Part shown: one piece after another, positions 12,760 to 26,579 of the stretch
Layout: each line of letters begins with the position of its first letter
Numbering within the stretch: position 1 is the stretch's first letter
DNA from: Octopus sinensis
Taxonomy: Eukaryota
DNA: 64,000 nt
Reading direction: 5' to 3'
NCBI RefSeq assembly: GCF_006345805.1
Contig: NC_043007.1
Span: forward strand, 28,892,001-28,956,000
Program-made: the position numbers and the translations under genes
Notes under the pieces: generated by a model
What the model saw: only the letters and a program-made list of their open reading frames with translations
What the model was told of the DNA's origin: nothing
Databases searched by the model: none

Positions 12760-14620
12760 ACTTTTGTTGGGACTTTGACTTCAACATCTGTATGTGCAGA
12801 GGTAACATCATCTCAGAAATGCTATGACATGGAACAAAATCATAGACAATATCTATCTAGTCTCATTAAGTTGACACTCATAGAATCTATAAATATGGTA
12901 CCTGACCAAGAGCAACATCTCGACCTCTTCTTCATTAATAACATGGAACTCATCCATGAAGTGAAAGTCACAGCAATGATTCTCTCAGAATATAATAAAG
13001 TAGAACCAATGGAAGCAGATCAAAAATACACAGCACACAGGAAGTAACAAGCCCTTTGCAAACCAGTTCAAGAAAAGGCTCTGAAACAAAATTGCCCCAA
13101 AAGAAGTCTCTCTATGCAAGAGAATGGTATGAAACTTAAAGAATTAATGTTCATAATTCAAGCCATCTGCATTAAATTTGATCCCGAAAGAAGAGTCAAA
13201 ACACCTTTCCTTGATTCAGGAGAGTCCCTATGAGACAAAGAATAATTTCAAATCAGCTTAATGACAGCTCGGAGTTTTAGATATAGAAAACAAGCTCAGA
13301 CAATTCCATGGAAAGGAAGGAAAAGAAACCAGTGCAATTGGAAATGCCAGTTAAAACCGAAGCCCTTGTTCAAATTTACAAAAGAATCTGTTTTGATGGA
13401 TTACAGGATAGGGACACTGTTCGAAGAAGATAGCCCCTTGACTACAGACCCCCATAAAATGATATGTAAAATACTAAATAAACAATTCTAAAGTGTTTTC
13501 AGTTGGAGAAATGCAAATAATAAGCCTGATGAGCTCCCTACAGGGAAGAGAGATAACCACCATTACATTGACATAAAACAGGCTTCAATAACAGACATTG
13601 TTGAGATGAACTGAAACCCAACAATAAGCTCCGATAGTTTTCCAAATATTCTTTTAAAAACATGCAAGAAAGCTCTTTTCAAAACCTCTGCACTCACCCT
13701 TCCAGAGCTTCCCTACATGTGAGAAACTCCCTGAAAGAGAAAAGGTGTATCTAGAAAGATGGGAGCAGAAGAGATGTTAAAAATTACAGGCTTTGCTTTC
13801 TGACATCAGGGAAATCTGGAAAGGCATTGTCAGAAGAAAGAGGGTGATGCTCTTCGAAGAAAACGACTTGATTGTGGCTTCCATTATGGAAGGCACTGCC
13901 TTACACAGCTACAACAACATTATGGCTGGGTTTTGAAAAAAAAACTAAATTATCTAAATGAGGATATGAAATAGCTTGACTTTTTGAAGGCCTTCATTAA
14001 ATTTGATTACGGAATGATACGTTACGAACTGCATGGCCTTGGCTTAGTTGGGAAATTAGGAGAGTAACTGTGTAACTTTTTAAAAAAGTATGCATCAGGC
14101 AGTTGCAGTTAACGATGGTCTCTCCAAGAAGACATCAGTCATAAGTGGTGTCCATGAGGGAGTTCTCTCGTGGAAGCCGTACTGGAGCCTCTGCTGTTTG
14201 TCATGACTCTCAAACACACCCTTAATCAAATGGTCAGCCACTTTCACCAGCTACACTAATGATACAAAAGTATCACAGGCACTCACAGACCCTGATAAGA
14301 CAAATCCACAGAGAAAGACCTGAAGAAAACAATATCTAGTTCAATGCTGAGAAGTTTCAAGCCTTCAGTTATCATCTTACAAACAGATTATAATCAGAAT
14401 ACACAAGATCAAGAGGTATTGCAGTTGTGAAGTGACATCCAGTGTGTGGTCAGTGAATTCCCATGAATAACGATGCCTCATTCCACTGAGCATCAAGATG
14501 GCAACAATGTAGAGGTGATTGGTCGGTGAAGTTCTGAGATCATTCAAAACAAAAGTTCTGTGGAAAACATTTGTTTTTATTCAATTAGATTACTGCTGCC
14601 AATTATGGTTACCACACTGC
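12760..14620 (+). mobile_element. Old degenerate CR1/Jockey-group LINE (EN end plus RT)
   Basis: Remnants of LDLFF, NYR, DFLKAF.K.DYG, SGV..G, LEPLLF and Y.NDTK motifs with many stops. Confidence 0.6.
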
Positions 14621-14880
14621 TTCAAATTAACAGTAGAAGATCCTGGAGGATTCACCACCCTCTGCACTGCAACTCCCTTCCACCTTTTGTGATTTATCTC
14701 AGCTGAGCTGAACAAAGCCTACATTTTTTCCCCAAGTGTGTCAGAACCTGTCATTAAAGGATTGGTTTACATAGCCACCTAAGGGCTTGCCACAATTCCT
14801 TGTGATCTTCAGACACAAAGAACTGGCATCACATTTATACACACATGCATAGAGAAAAAAGATAGATAGATAGATAGGTA

Positions 14881-14950
<70 letters not shown>

Positions 14951-15049
14951 TATCCCTATGGTTACTCATATACGAGGCTTCAAGTTTCTGTGTTAGCGAT
15001 ATGCAAACTGCTGCACTTCTGCACATAGCACTATCATATGGGCACTGAA

Positions 15050-16190
15050 CTTACAACAACAGAAGAAGTGTGACAATCAGTGTATCATTGATAAAGGAAT
15101 TTGAAATCCTGTATGTGAGTCTCCAGGAAAACAGACAAATCACAAGTCCCTTCTGGAAGATGGCCCTGCTTGATAAGTAAGAAGGGTGTTGGTAGAAACT
15201 CCATATGTTGTACCCAGTGAAAGCTTTGGACACATAAGAGGTGTAGCAGTATCAAAGGAAGGCTAACGGAGAATATAGCCTTTGTGTGTGGCATATGTGC
15301 AGATGCAATAAGCACTAAAAATGCGCAGACAGTAGACCCCCTTAAATGTTCAGGGGAATCGTTAGAAATGGTAGATAGTTTCTGTTACCTAGGAAACCAA
15401 GTTAGCAGTGGCGGAGGAAGTTCTGAACATGTAGTTACTAGAATAAGAATGGGTCGGGCAAAGTTGAGAGAGAGCTTCTACGTTTGTTAGTAAGTAAGGG
15501 CCTCTCCATCAGAGTGAAAGGCAGATTGTATGATGCCTGTGTACATACAACTGTGACACATGGTCTTTGACTACAGAGGAGTTGTGAAGGCTTGAAAGAA
15601 ATGAAGCTGTTCTCATGCTCTGCTGGATGGGTGATGTCAGTGTGCAGGCATGGCACAGTGTAAATGATTTAAGAGGAAAACTGGGAATAAGGGACATCAG
15701 AGAGAAGGAAGACAGCTTTGGTTTGGTCAGGTGATGTGTATGGATGAGGAGAGCTGCATAAAAGAAGTGCCAAGCTCTAATTGTGGAGGGAACCTGTGTG
15801 AGGGGGGAGACCCAAAAAGACATGGGACAAAGTGGTGACAAAGGATCTTAGGATACTGGATCTCACTGAGGAAATGACAAGGGACCGGGAGATGTGGTGA
15901 TTTGCTGTACCTGGATAAGACACATCAAGCCAGGTAAAATCGCTGTCTTCCACACACAGAGGCTTGTCGTTTCAGGTGCTGGTGCCACATAAAAGGCACT
16001 CGTGCCAGTGCTGCACGTGAATAGCACCCAGCACACTCTGATAAGTGGTTGGCGTTAGGAAGGGCATCCAGCTGTAGAAAACCATGCCACAACAGACAAT
16101 TGGAATCCAGACAACTCCTTGGCTGACCAGTTACATGTCAAACCATCCAACCCATGTCAGCATGGAAAACGGATGTTAGACGATGATGAT
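15050..16190 (+). mobile_element. RTE LINE 3' part, degenerate
   Basis: Homologous to 655-2039 (VDSFCYLGNQVSSGGG; 3' UTR; gatgat tail). Confidence 0.85.
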
Positions 16191-16216
16191 GGATGATACG
16201 CACACACACACACACA

Positions 16217-16429
16217 TTATTCTTTCACAAGAATAGCATTGACAATGAGCACAAAGTTTTGGCCTGCACAGCCTTCATTTGACTTTTCTGATGAAGGCTA
16301 AACAGGCTGAAACTTCAAACTCACTGTCAGTACTATTCTTGTTAAAGAATAATAAATTTATACTCTACAAAAAGTATTGAGTAATCCTTCAGTTTAATGT
16401 AAAAATTGTTTCAGTCAAACTTGACATAG

Positions 16430-16432
<3 letters not shown>
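16217..16432 (+). mobile_element. Mini PLE-terminal-repeat-like relic with inverted duplication
   Basis: 16217-16249 is an imperfect reverse complement of 16320-16352; contains an HHR-like motif; flanked by (CA)n. Confidence 0.55.
16281..16322 (+). ncRNA. Degenerate minimal hammerhead ribozyme
   Basis: gacuuuu-CUGAUGA-A-GGCU(AAAC)AGGCU-GAAAC-UUC-aaacuc. Confidence 0.5.

Positions 16433-16506
<74 letters not shown>
16432..16506. repeat. (CA)n microsatellite
   Basis: Read directly. Confidence 0.95.
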
Positions 16507-16508
<2 letters not shown>

Positions 16509-18667
16509 GATATTTTCAGATTTTTGTTTCTAATTCTGATTTCTTTGACATGAAATGAATGTGGACCTTGCCTCCCACCAGCTAATGAATGTGGCCCCCA
16601 CCAGCTAATTTCATTGCTAAGTGTGATTTAGTGAGGAAGGGGAAAGCATAAGATTTGCAGGAACCGACTAAGAATCACCGACATATGCACACATTAGAAA
16701 TGAGAACATAAAGAAGATAGTGAGAAAAACTGCTAGATAATGAAACCCAGAAAAACTTCCAAAAATATGGCACCATATTCATCTACTAAAATTCCCAATC
16801 TCCGCCCACACCTATCTGCTTCCTTTTTTCACTGGTAACATGTGCCAACAGACTTGTGCTAGAATCATGCACTCTTAAATCTTATTTCATGCGTCTCTTT
16901 AACTTCTTTTCCTTTCATCTCATTTTTTTACAATTTTCTCTTCAAACCCAAACTCTCACACACAACACAGTTCCAACAATGTTTTCTTCTTTCTTCTCCC
17001 TACAACTTATTGTTAACAGCTTGCTGCTGTATGAAAGGAACCCATAACATTGTAAATTAATATTCATCGTTACACTGTTCCCCCAGTAATCTATGTTAAC
17101 CAATCTGAGCAGATTAAAAACAAATCCACTTAATTGTACTTTTTTTTCCCTTTTTTCATAAGTTTTTTGTTACAACTTTTCTTTTTGGCCTTGTTTTCAT
17201 TAAATAAAAATTAATGAAATAAACTTTTATGCTTTTTTATTTTGATTCCCTCAGTGAACTTTTTTCTGTAGTTCAGGCAAATGAAGACAAAGAATTTAAA
17301 GCAACAACAACAACAATGATAATTAAAAAAGATGTATTAGTAGTGATGATAATAACAACAACAACAATAATAATAATAATAATAATGGGGTATTAATTTG
17401 TGAATTATCTGTTCAGAGAGATTGCTTTTCATGAGCCTAGTTTTAAGTTAAAGTGAACATAGACACCACAGACATCAGCAAAAAGAAATGACACAAAAAG
17501 TTTGAAAGGAAACCATCAGAAGATTTTTTCAAGAAATAATTGTTTATGATGTGATTAGAATAGAAGCAAAGTTGAGTACAGTCATTTTCAGGAGAAATAT
17601 GTTATGTCGGAATTAGGACAAAAAATAGCCAGAAACCTAGTAATTGTTTTATATAAAGTATAATATTAAAGAATAATTAGGACATTAGGCAATTAGAATG
17701 TGACATTGATTTGTTAGGACATAGCAATTAGGAGAGAATAATTAGGACAGAGCAATTAATGTGTTCAACAACTGAGACACAACAATTAGGACAAAGTAAT
17801 TAGAACATGGAGCTATAAATGATTATGAAATAAGTTATAAACTATTAATTAGCTTTTACATGAAATTAATTATACTAATTAATGCATTATCAGAACATCA
17901 TGTTTTTAGAGCACAATAATCCCAAAGCCTAATATTTACATCCAGTTTCTGGAGATGAGAGATGAAAGTATATTTGGACAGGAGGATGACCTGAGCAACA
18001 GGTGAAACAACTGGACTTAGTATTTTAATGAAAGAATTGAACTTGATCTCTAAAACCAATCAGTCATCAATTCAACAACACTGTTGCAATGGTACCCCTG
18101 TGCAACCAGATAGACTGTACCATACAGTGGAACCTACTTACAACTAGATTTTGCGATACCCAGAATCAGGAAGTCTGACTTCAGAGAGGCATTAAAATAT
18201 CGATGTTATATTTGGAGAGAGTGTGCATCGTTAGTGCCTGTTTCTTCATGCATCAGGGATCTGATGTTCCAAAAGCCTCGTTAGCCTCAAATCGCCAGGT
18301 CTGGTTGGCATTTGTGAGAGATGCGGCATTGAGGATGAATGAAGCCAGCTCAACCCACCCCGGGTGAATGCTGTCTCAAGACAAGACAAGACTTACAACT
18401 AGGCAAACTGTACGACACCCTTAAGCAGTAACTCTAGGTGGCAGCTGTTTGTAACTCTGTGAACTGGACTCTATTAGCAAACAATAGTACAAATTTCTGT
18501 GTAGCTGGACTGGGTTACATCGTGATACCTATTTACACACATTCAGACATTGAGAATTAAATAATATATGGACACAACACAGTGTGTATAAGGTTAAGAA
18601 TGTGTGAAGGGCAACACCATCAATAGTGGAACCTATTTGCTGCGAGAAATAGCAGTCAAATCTGTAA

Positions 18668-18880
18668 TCTAATATATAAAATAAAGATGTGTGTGTATTC
18701 ACTTTTCATGCAAAAACAGCTTCACCAATTGCTTCCAAACTTGTGATACATGAATAATTTGACCCCAGACACAAGTTAGGCTCTTCATTTGATTTTTTTA
18801 TTAAAAATAAAAAATTTTGCTTTTTATATTAGATTCATGTCTTTGAAAGTTTTTTTTAAATATTTACTTTCGGTTTTCTA
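18668..18880 (+). mobile_element. Helitron-like 5' end
   Basis: A|TCTAATATATAAAA..gtgtgt..accaattgcttccaaactt resembles the 5' end of the 47783 Helitron; 3' end not found. Confidence 0.4.
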
Positions 18881-20452
18881 GCATCAATGACATCTAATCT
18901 CTCTATGAAAATATATATAAGGGGTACTATGAAGGTAGAAAGTATATTAAAGGAGGTGATTAAAAAGGATCAGATTTATATATATATATATATCAGTTTC
19001 CATCTATTAAATCCACTCACAAGGCTTTGGTTGGCCCAAGGCTCTAGTAGAAGACACTTGCCCAAGGTGCTACACTGTGGGACTGAACCCAGAACCATGT
19101 GGTTGGTAAGCAAGCTATTTACCACACAGCCATGCTTGTGCCTATACAAATGTATAATTAATACATGATTACACCATTATCATGTAGATATTATGTCACA
19201 ATTGCACAGTAATAAGAAAACATTGTAATCAATATTTCACTATTTCACATCTCAATGAACCAGTGTCACGGCAGCCTGCATAGGACCAACAAACTCTCTA
19301 AAGACCTAAAACAGTCTCTGCTGGTCTCTCAGTGTCCATACGTACACGTACACACACACACACACACACATACACCTCCCATTCAGAATGCTAGTACTTG
19401 TCTGTTTCTCATCTTCCACACACCTTAAAGAAGATCTAACCAAGTCTGCTACTACAGTCTTACCTGTGATATTGATGTGGGCAAGGATTAGGAGGTGTTT
19501 AGTAAGGGAGGGAGGAGACTCGTAGTTTAGATGATGGGAAAGATGTGGTTCACCAGGTGAGCTTTAGATGTAGAAAGGAGAGATACAAGGAGAGCTACAA
19601 TATTGTTTTGTGTGTGTGTGTGAATATATATACATGTATATCATCATCATCGTTTAACATCTGCCTTCCATACTAGCAAGCCTATGTATATAAGAGGCTG
19701 TACTGGGCCATCCTCATCACTCTCTCTCTGTCTCATGACTACATTTGTATCCAACACGTTATAAGCTCACTTATTCTACACTGCCAAACATGAGTCTCTC
19801 TTTCCTGGGACATTTCTATTAGCCACCCTTTTACCTTTGTCCACCTCTACTCTTGACCATCTCCCCTCTTTACCCCAATAACTCTGTCTTTTCTATTATA
19901 CTTGTGTTCTCTTCACCTGCCCATTCTGGCATTTTTCTCTCTGTCAGACTCTCCCTCTTTCTCTCTCTCTCTCCCATCTCTGCAATCACATTACATTCAG
20001 CAAATGGACATGCCTTAGGGTCCTGAATACTTTCTGCACATCCAGAGTACAAGGCAACACCGTCATGTGTTGGTGCTGCAGCAAAAGCCAGAGCCCTTCC
20101 AGTGCATCTTCTACAGTTGACAACCTCCTTAGTGCTGGTGCCAGAAAAGATGCACTTGTGTACAGTGTAAAGGGATTGACAAAGGAACAGTGAAAGAGCA
20201 GAGCTGAGAGAGGACATTTTAGTCTTGTCTTGTTGAGGACACAACAACACCAGTGTTGTTGTGTCCTCAAGAAATTACATCTGCAACACTCTGTAAAGTG
20301 GTTGGTATTTCAAATGGCACAGAAACCACAGAAACCCAACCGAAAGGATGTATGAACAGCAATCAACGAGTGCAGGAGGGGCTTCCAATAAACGAAATAA
20401 CTCAGGCCGTGATGACTCATGCAAGCATAGGAAACATGTGAAAACGATGATT

Positions 20453-20496
<44 letters not shown>

Positions 20497-22654
20497 TAGA
20501 TATATGTGCATGCATACATGTAATACATATACAGATGATGATGATGGTGATGATGATGACAGACACACATATGTATGTTTACACACACATATTTGATGCA
20601 TTTGAAGGAAATTTCATTGTTGTGTGTCCCATGGGAGGATACTAGCAAGATCTCTTCACAGACTTAACACATCTATGATACATGGTGTCTAATTTGCATG
20701 TAGAAATCACAGACAGGCAGAATACAAAAGCAGTGAAAAATGGTGCCATCCATGTTAGAATCAATGGCGAGTCATTAATATAGAGAAGGAAAAATGTAGA
20801 AAACATCACTAAAGTTGGAGGATTCTTTGGAATCCATTGTGATCAGAGAGATGCTGGAATAGAGAGAGAAGTTCTTGAGAATGGATAGATTGTAGCAAGT
20901 TTACATAGATTGGGACAGATCTCTGAGGAGAAGGAGAGAAAGAGTGACTGAAGAGGAAGGTAGGATTGGTAGATTGATGAGTAAAGATTGAAGCTGTGGA
21001 TATGAGAAACATTGAAGGGTAAGGATAAGAGTTACGACTGGAGTACAGAGTTTGATGAAGAGATTCCATCTGGACTTGTGCCATTATTGGAGTGATTGAA
21101 ATGTTCTTAAAGGGACAGAAGTTGGGAGAGAAGATAAATATAAATGAAAAGAGCAACTGGTCCCTTTTTATCTTTATATCTATCTATGATTTGATCTTGT
21201 TTCCTTGTCAACAATCTTAAACTTTGAAACAAAAACAAAATCTAAATGTAATTAAAGTATTTTGTCAACAGTTCATTAAACGACCAATTTGTAAAGTAAA
21301 ATAGTGTGTTTTATTGATGTAAGTGAGAGGAAGTAGAGACGTTAAATGTAAGTAGGCAGTTATTTTTAGTGAAGGATCTCTTATGAAGCCATCCTTCATT
21401 TGAACGTAATTGTTCGTTATTTCAGAGTGGATAACTTAATAAGTAGCAATAAGAGGTGACGTAATAAACTTGAAAACTCTCTGGAAATGAAACCCACCAA
21501 CGCTCCCTCCAGCAATTGAACTTATTAAAAGAAAGTCCAATCTGAAAAGAAATCTAAATTATGCAAATGATTCTTATTTCACCGTAACCAATATAATTAA
21601 TATGATGGCAAAGATGAAGCTGTTGCTAGGGACTGAACATTTATACAGAGATGAAGATCTGAAGTTTTGTTGTTAACTGAGTCTTGTAGCTTTACATGAG
21701 ATTTGTTGTTTAGCCCCTGATCAAGCAGACCTATGATCTTATGTATTCCATCTGTGACCATCCAGTCATATTTTTTAAGTCAGTGCATTTAAAAGACAAT
21801 AACAGCTAAGGTGGCAGGCTGTGATTTGAGGGATAGTTGCTGCTATTTCTAGCTGGCTGAGTGACCACAAAAAATTATTCTTCACTGCTTTCTCATACTT
21901 ATTGGGACATCAAACTTCTATATTGGATGAGAAGATTCAATGCCAACAAGAAGAATTAATACCAAAATCCCCAGCTTGGTCTTTGCCACGTTAAATAAAG
22001 AATGGCAGAAGCTGTGTGGAATCTTTTCAGAAGATCAGTGGCCACACATTTTCAGAAATAAACCCAGTTATTCTGGTTTTTATAAACTTTAAAAAATGAA
22101 ATAATTTCAAAACAACTGACTGGAGAATTCCTATTGTCTGGGCATGAAACTCCATTTAATATAAAAAATTTTTTTAAAAAGAGGTAAAATGCAAAAATCA
22201 CTCCCATTTCTTGTTTGCTGTCAGTTTCGCATTTCCTCTTTGTTGATGAATTCTGACCAACAACTCATCCACTCCAGGTTTTATTGCCTTAAAATATTAT
22301 TTCACTGAAGAAACATATTAAGACATCTTTATAAGAGAATGTCTTCATGTTTGTTAAATAAAAGTAATTCAATAGAAACTTAGCTCTAATGACCAACAGG
22401 AAAAAACAAACAAACAGAGGAAGTTCAATACAGAAAGCGAAAAGCTATGAAATTTGAATAAAATAGTTACAGTGCATGATGGCAGTAGTTTAGAAGATTG
22501 GGTGAGAAAGTTCTAGAAGTAAAATTGGTAAAGGAAGGAAAGAAGTGAGATTTCACTGTTTATGGCATTTCAATCGATCAAACACTTCCAGGGTCACCTC
22601 ATACATACCTATATGCATACATATGAACATACACACACATACACATACATAAAT

Positions 22655-23800
22655 ATTGGGTTGAGGAATAATTCAAGAGCGTTTTTTTTTTCCAAATTTA
22701 TTTTAAACAAAAAAGCTACAAATTAATCAGTGATTTACTCTCCATTGTTGTTTACAACCTCCTACCATCGTTCAATAAGTTTTTTGATGCCTCAATGATA
22801 GAAATCTCCCAGTCTTGACTCAAAGACCTCAATTCCACACCATTACTGACCAATACACTGTGCAAAGCATTTGAAAGCAGTTGAAAGATGAAAACCTGGA
22901 TGGTGCCAAGTCTGAAGAGTATGGAGGATGAGGCAGCACTTCCCATTCCTATTCTTGAATCATAGCTTTGGTCATATTGACAATGAGGGGATGGGCATTG
23001 TCGAGTTGCAGGAGAATGCCATTTCCCCTATTCGGACTTTTTTGCTGAATTGCTTCGTTGAGTCAGGGCAGTTGTTGAACATAGAGCTCTGCATTGAGTG
23101 TGTGGTTGCACTCAAGCAGTTCATAATGAATTACGCCTTGGGGCTGAGCCATTCTTTTTGCTGCTTCATATTGACATAAAGGCACCATTTTTCATTGCCA
23201 GTGACAATGCGGTAAAGAAAACATTGTTTGTAACCATGTGCTGAGTGATGTCAAGCAAGTAAACTAATAGCGATTGTGGAGCATTGATTTTTGTTGTTTT
23301 CGTTCAAAGTGTGTGGCACCCAAGCACTGCGTTTCTGAACCTTGCCCAGTTTTTCTTTTTATCACAATCCATCTGCTCTACTGAGTCTTTGGTTGTTTGA
23401 CGTGGATCTTCATGAAGAAGTTGATTCAATTGCTCTTCATCAAACTCAGTTGACCGGTGTGTGATCTGTCCTTGAGGTCAAAATTCCTGGTTTTGAAGGG
23501 TGAAAACCAACGGTAGGCAGCCCTTTGAGGCATTGCTCCTCCATACACAGCACAAATCTCATGAGCAGCCTCGGCTGCCTTAAAACCCCAATTAAATGCA
23601 AAAAGCAAATGGTGTCGAAAATGTTCAGTTTTGTCCACTTGATGTTCTAATTTAATGATCTGAAGATACACAAAAATCAATAAAATTAGAAAATCAAAAC
23701 ACACCATTTTATAGAACACAAAAAATTCTTTTAAACAACATAAAACATTTTGCCAATGCATTTTTTTTCTGCGTGCATTAAATATGAAAAAAATGCTCTG
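22655..23800 (-). mobile_element. mariner transposon, decayed
   Basis: EHFRHHLLFAFNWG..EICAVYG..RWF..DLKD HTH region; downstream DNAHP and PYSSDLAP remnants; TIR-like attgggttgaggaataa at left. Confidence 0.85.
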
Positions 23801-25079
23801 TCTGCAGTGTGTACAGAAATTCAGGATGGTAGTAAATAATGCTGCTGAAAATGATGATGATTATGGTCATAAAAAAATATTTATTTCAATTGAAGATTTG
23901 ATTTACATTATTTCTGGAATCTCTCTCATTTGAAATTCCCACAGACCTATTCACATGTATAAATATTATCCATACCACATATACAAATGCATTATCTACA
24001 TGTTATCTATATGGACACTTGTGTTATTTGCATGAACAATGTTATTCCAATGCAAACATGTATGTTATTCACGTGGATACATGTTATTTACACAGACAAA
24101 TGTCTTTAGTCCTAAATACAACTTATAATCTTAAATATTTGGTTTCTATATTTAGTAAATTATTTCTGATAAGTTGTGGTTGGTTACTTTATTCGCTTGG
24201 CTTTCATGAAAAAAGTCTGAGTGTATTAAGAGTGTTTTTTCTCTTCCCTTTTTGGATGGCTTGGATTGAGAAGGAAGGTCAAAAGCCAGTGAGAAAGGGG
24301 AGAATAAAGCAAGAGATCTAATTTGAATACCGAAAACAGAGTGTGGACTCTGATAAAGTCCTTCAAAGACCAGATGGTGGTGATGTTAAGCAGGGTAACT
24401 CATTAAGTCTTGTATTAAATGTTAGCAAGGGAGAAAACATACAAAAACAACAGAACAATCGCTGGTAAATTGAACCATGTTTGGGGATGTTTTGTCAGTA
24501 ATTGACTTTACTTCAGATGATTGACAGAACAAACAGAAATATCTAATGAAAATTTATTTTTAATGAAAATAAAAGAATTGCTAAAAAAGCAGGGCTGTTT
24601 AGCATCAATTTAAAAGTGAATGTCTTCTTGCCTGGTATTATAACAACTGTTCACTCAGTTTGTCCTTCAAAACCCCTAATGGAAAAGTATTGTGTGTGAG
24701 AGAGAGAGAGAAAGAGAGAAAGAGACAAGAAAAGCAATCATGCCATTTTTGTTTCTTGTTCAATGCGTTTATTTTTGAAACTGCGTAGCCACTGATTTTC
24801 TGAAAAGATTCCACACTGACTGAGATAAACTTGAAAGCCATTGTTCTGGATAAACCAAAACATCAGATTTGTCTTGTAGCTGTTTGCTTTCCTTTTTTTC
24901 CAAATATTATTGATTCCTTCTGGTATAACAAATCACAAAGTCACAGAAAGACAATGGGAGAATCTGTTTAACGAAGGACAGCTGTTGAATACTATGTTTC
25001 TGAATTGTTTTGATTTCAATGACACTGATGTGGTGTGTGTTAACTTCAACAAAGCCTATTCTATTAATATCAGGTGTAA

Positions 25080-26195
25080 ATCATCATCATTTAGCATCTG
25101 CTTTCCATGCTGGCATGGGTTGGATGGTTTGACTGAAAATTGGTAAGCCAGGCAGCTGCACCAGGTTCCAGTCTGGTTTGGCATGGCTTCTATGGCTGGA
25201 TGCCCTTCCTAATGCCAACCACTCCGAGAGTACAGTGGGTGCTTTTCACATGCCACTGACGTGACACTGGCATTGATCATGACTAAAATCTCACTTGGCT
25301 TAAGAGGTCTTCATGAGCACGGTATATCGCCAAAGGTCTTGGCCATCTTTCACTGACTCTGTGAGGCCCAATGCTCGAAGGATGCTTTTTATGTGCCACT
25401 GGCAAGGGTGCTAATCAGGTGGCACTGGCTTTGGCCAGGACTACCATTTCACTTGGTTTGACATGTCTTCTCAGGCCAAGCATATTGCCCAATGTTTGAA
25501 GGGTGCTTTCTATGTGCCAGTTACATGACATTGGCATTGGCCATGACTACGACCTCACTTGGCTTGATGGGTCTTCTCAAGCATGGCATATCACCAAAGG
25601 TCTCAGTCAATTGTCATTGCCATCATGAGGCCCAACTTCACTACCTCATCCCATGTCTTCCTGGGTTTACCTCTTCCACAGGTTCCCTCCATCATTAAAG
25701 TGTGGCACTTCTTCACACAGCTGTCCTCCTCCATACGCATTACATGACCATACCAGCACAATTGTCTCTCTTGCACATCACATCTGATGCCTTTTATGCC
25801 CAACTTTTCTTTCAGGGTGCTTACACTCTATTGTGCATGCACACTGACATTATACATCAAGCAAAACATACTAGCTTCATTTCTTTCAAGCCCACGCATG
25901 TCCTTGGTGGTCACAACTCATGTTTTACTGCTGTGGAGCAATGATTTTCACACACAGGCATCATACAGTCTGTCTTTCACTCTAAGAGAGAGAGGCACTT
26001 TGTTACCAGCAGAGGTAGGAGCTCTCTTAGCTTTGCCCTGCCTATTCTTATTCTAGCAGCTACACTCTTGGAGCATCCAGACCCTGCTACTGACTTGGTC
26101 ACCTTGGTAACAGAAGCTATTGACTACCTCCAGTTTTCCTGCCTGGCATGTGATGAAGTCAATTTTCTGAACATTTTTAGTGTTCATTGTTCTTA
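25080..26195 (-). mobile_element. RTE LINE 3' part
   Basis: ORF 25603-25803 QLCWYGHV..GRGKPRKTW plus the family 3' UTR. Confidence 0.85.
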
Positions 26196-26269
26196 ACTGT
26201 GTACGTGTATATATGAGTGAGCAGGTGTATGTAAGTGCCTGGTTATACATACATACATATATCTTTAGT

Positions 26270-26566
26270 GGATGCACAAGGACTAGTGGTTAGAGCAGCA
26301 GACTCGCAGTAGAAGGATCATGGGTTTGAATCTTGGACCGGGCGATGTGTATTTATAAGTGAAACACCTAAGCTTGACAAGGGTCCAGCAGAAGATAATG
26401 GTGAACTCCTGCTGACTGTTTTGCCCCAACTTTCTCTCGCTCTTTCTTCCTGCATCTAACAGCACACCTGCAATGAACCGGCGTCCTGTCCAGGTGGGGA
26501 ACCATACGCCAATGAAACTGGGAAACCAGCCTTTATGAGCCAGGCTCAAGAAGGAACAAACAACAA
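26270..26566 (+). mobile_element. tRNA-derived SINE
   Basis: Head similar to the 11171 SINE (agtggttagagcagcagactcgc..gggtttgaatc). Confidence 0.7.
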
Positions 26567-26579
26567 GATATATATATAC

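Noticed and set aside
17980-18015. Hairpin acctg/caggt followed by GAAAC
   Set aside because: No CUGANGA core and no cleavage triplet with stem I
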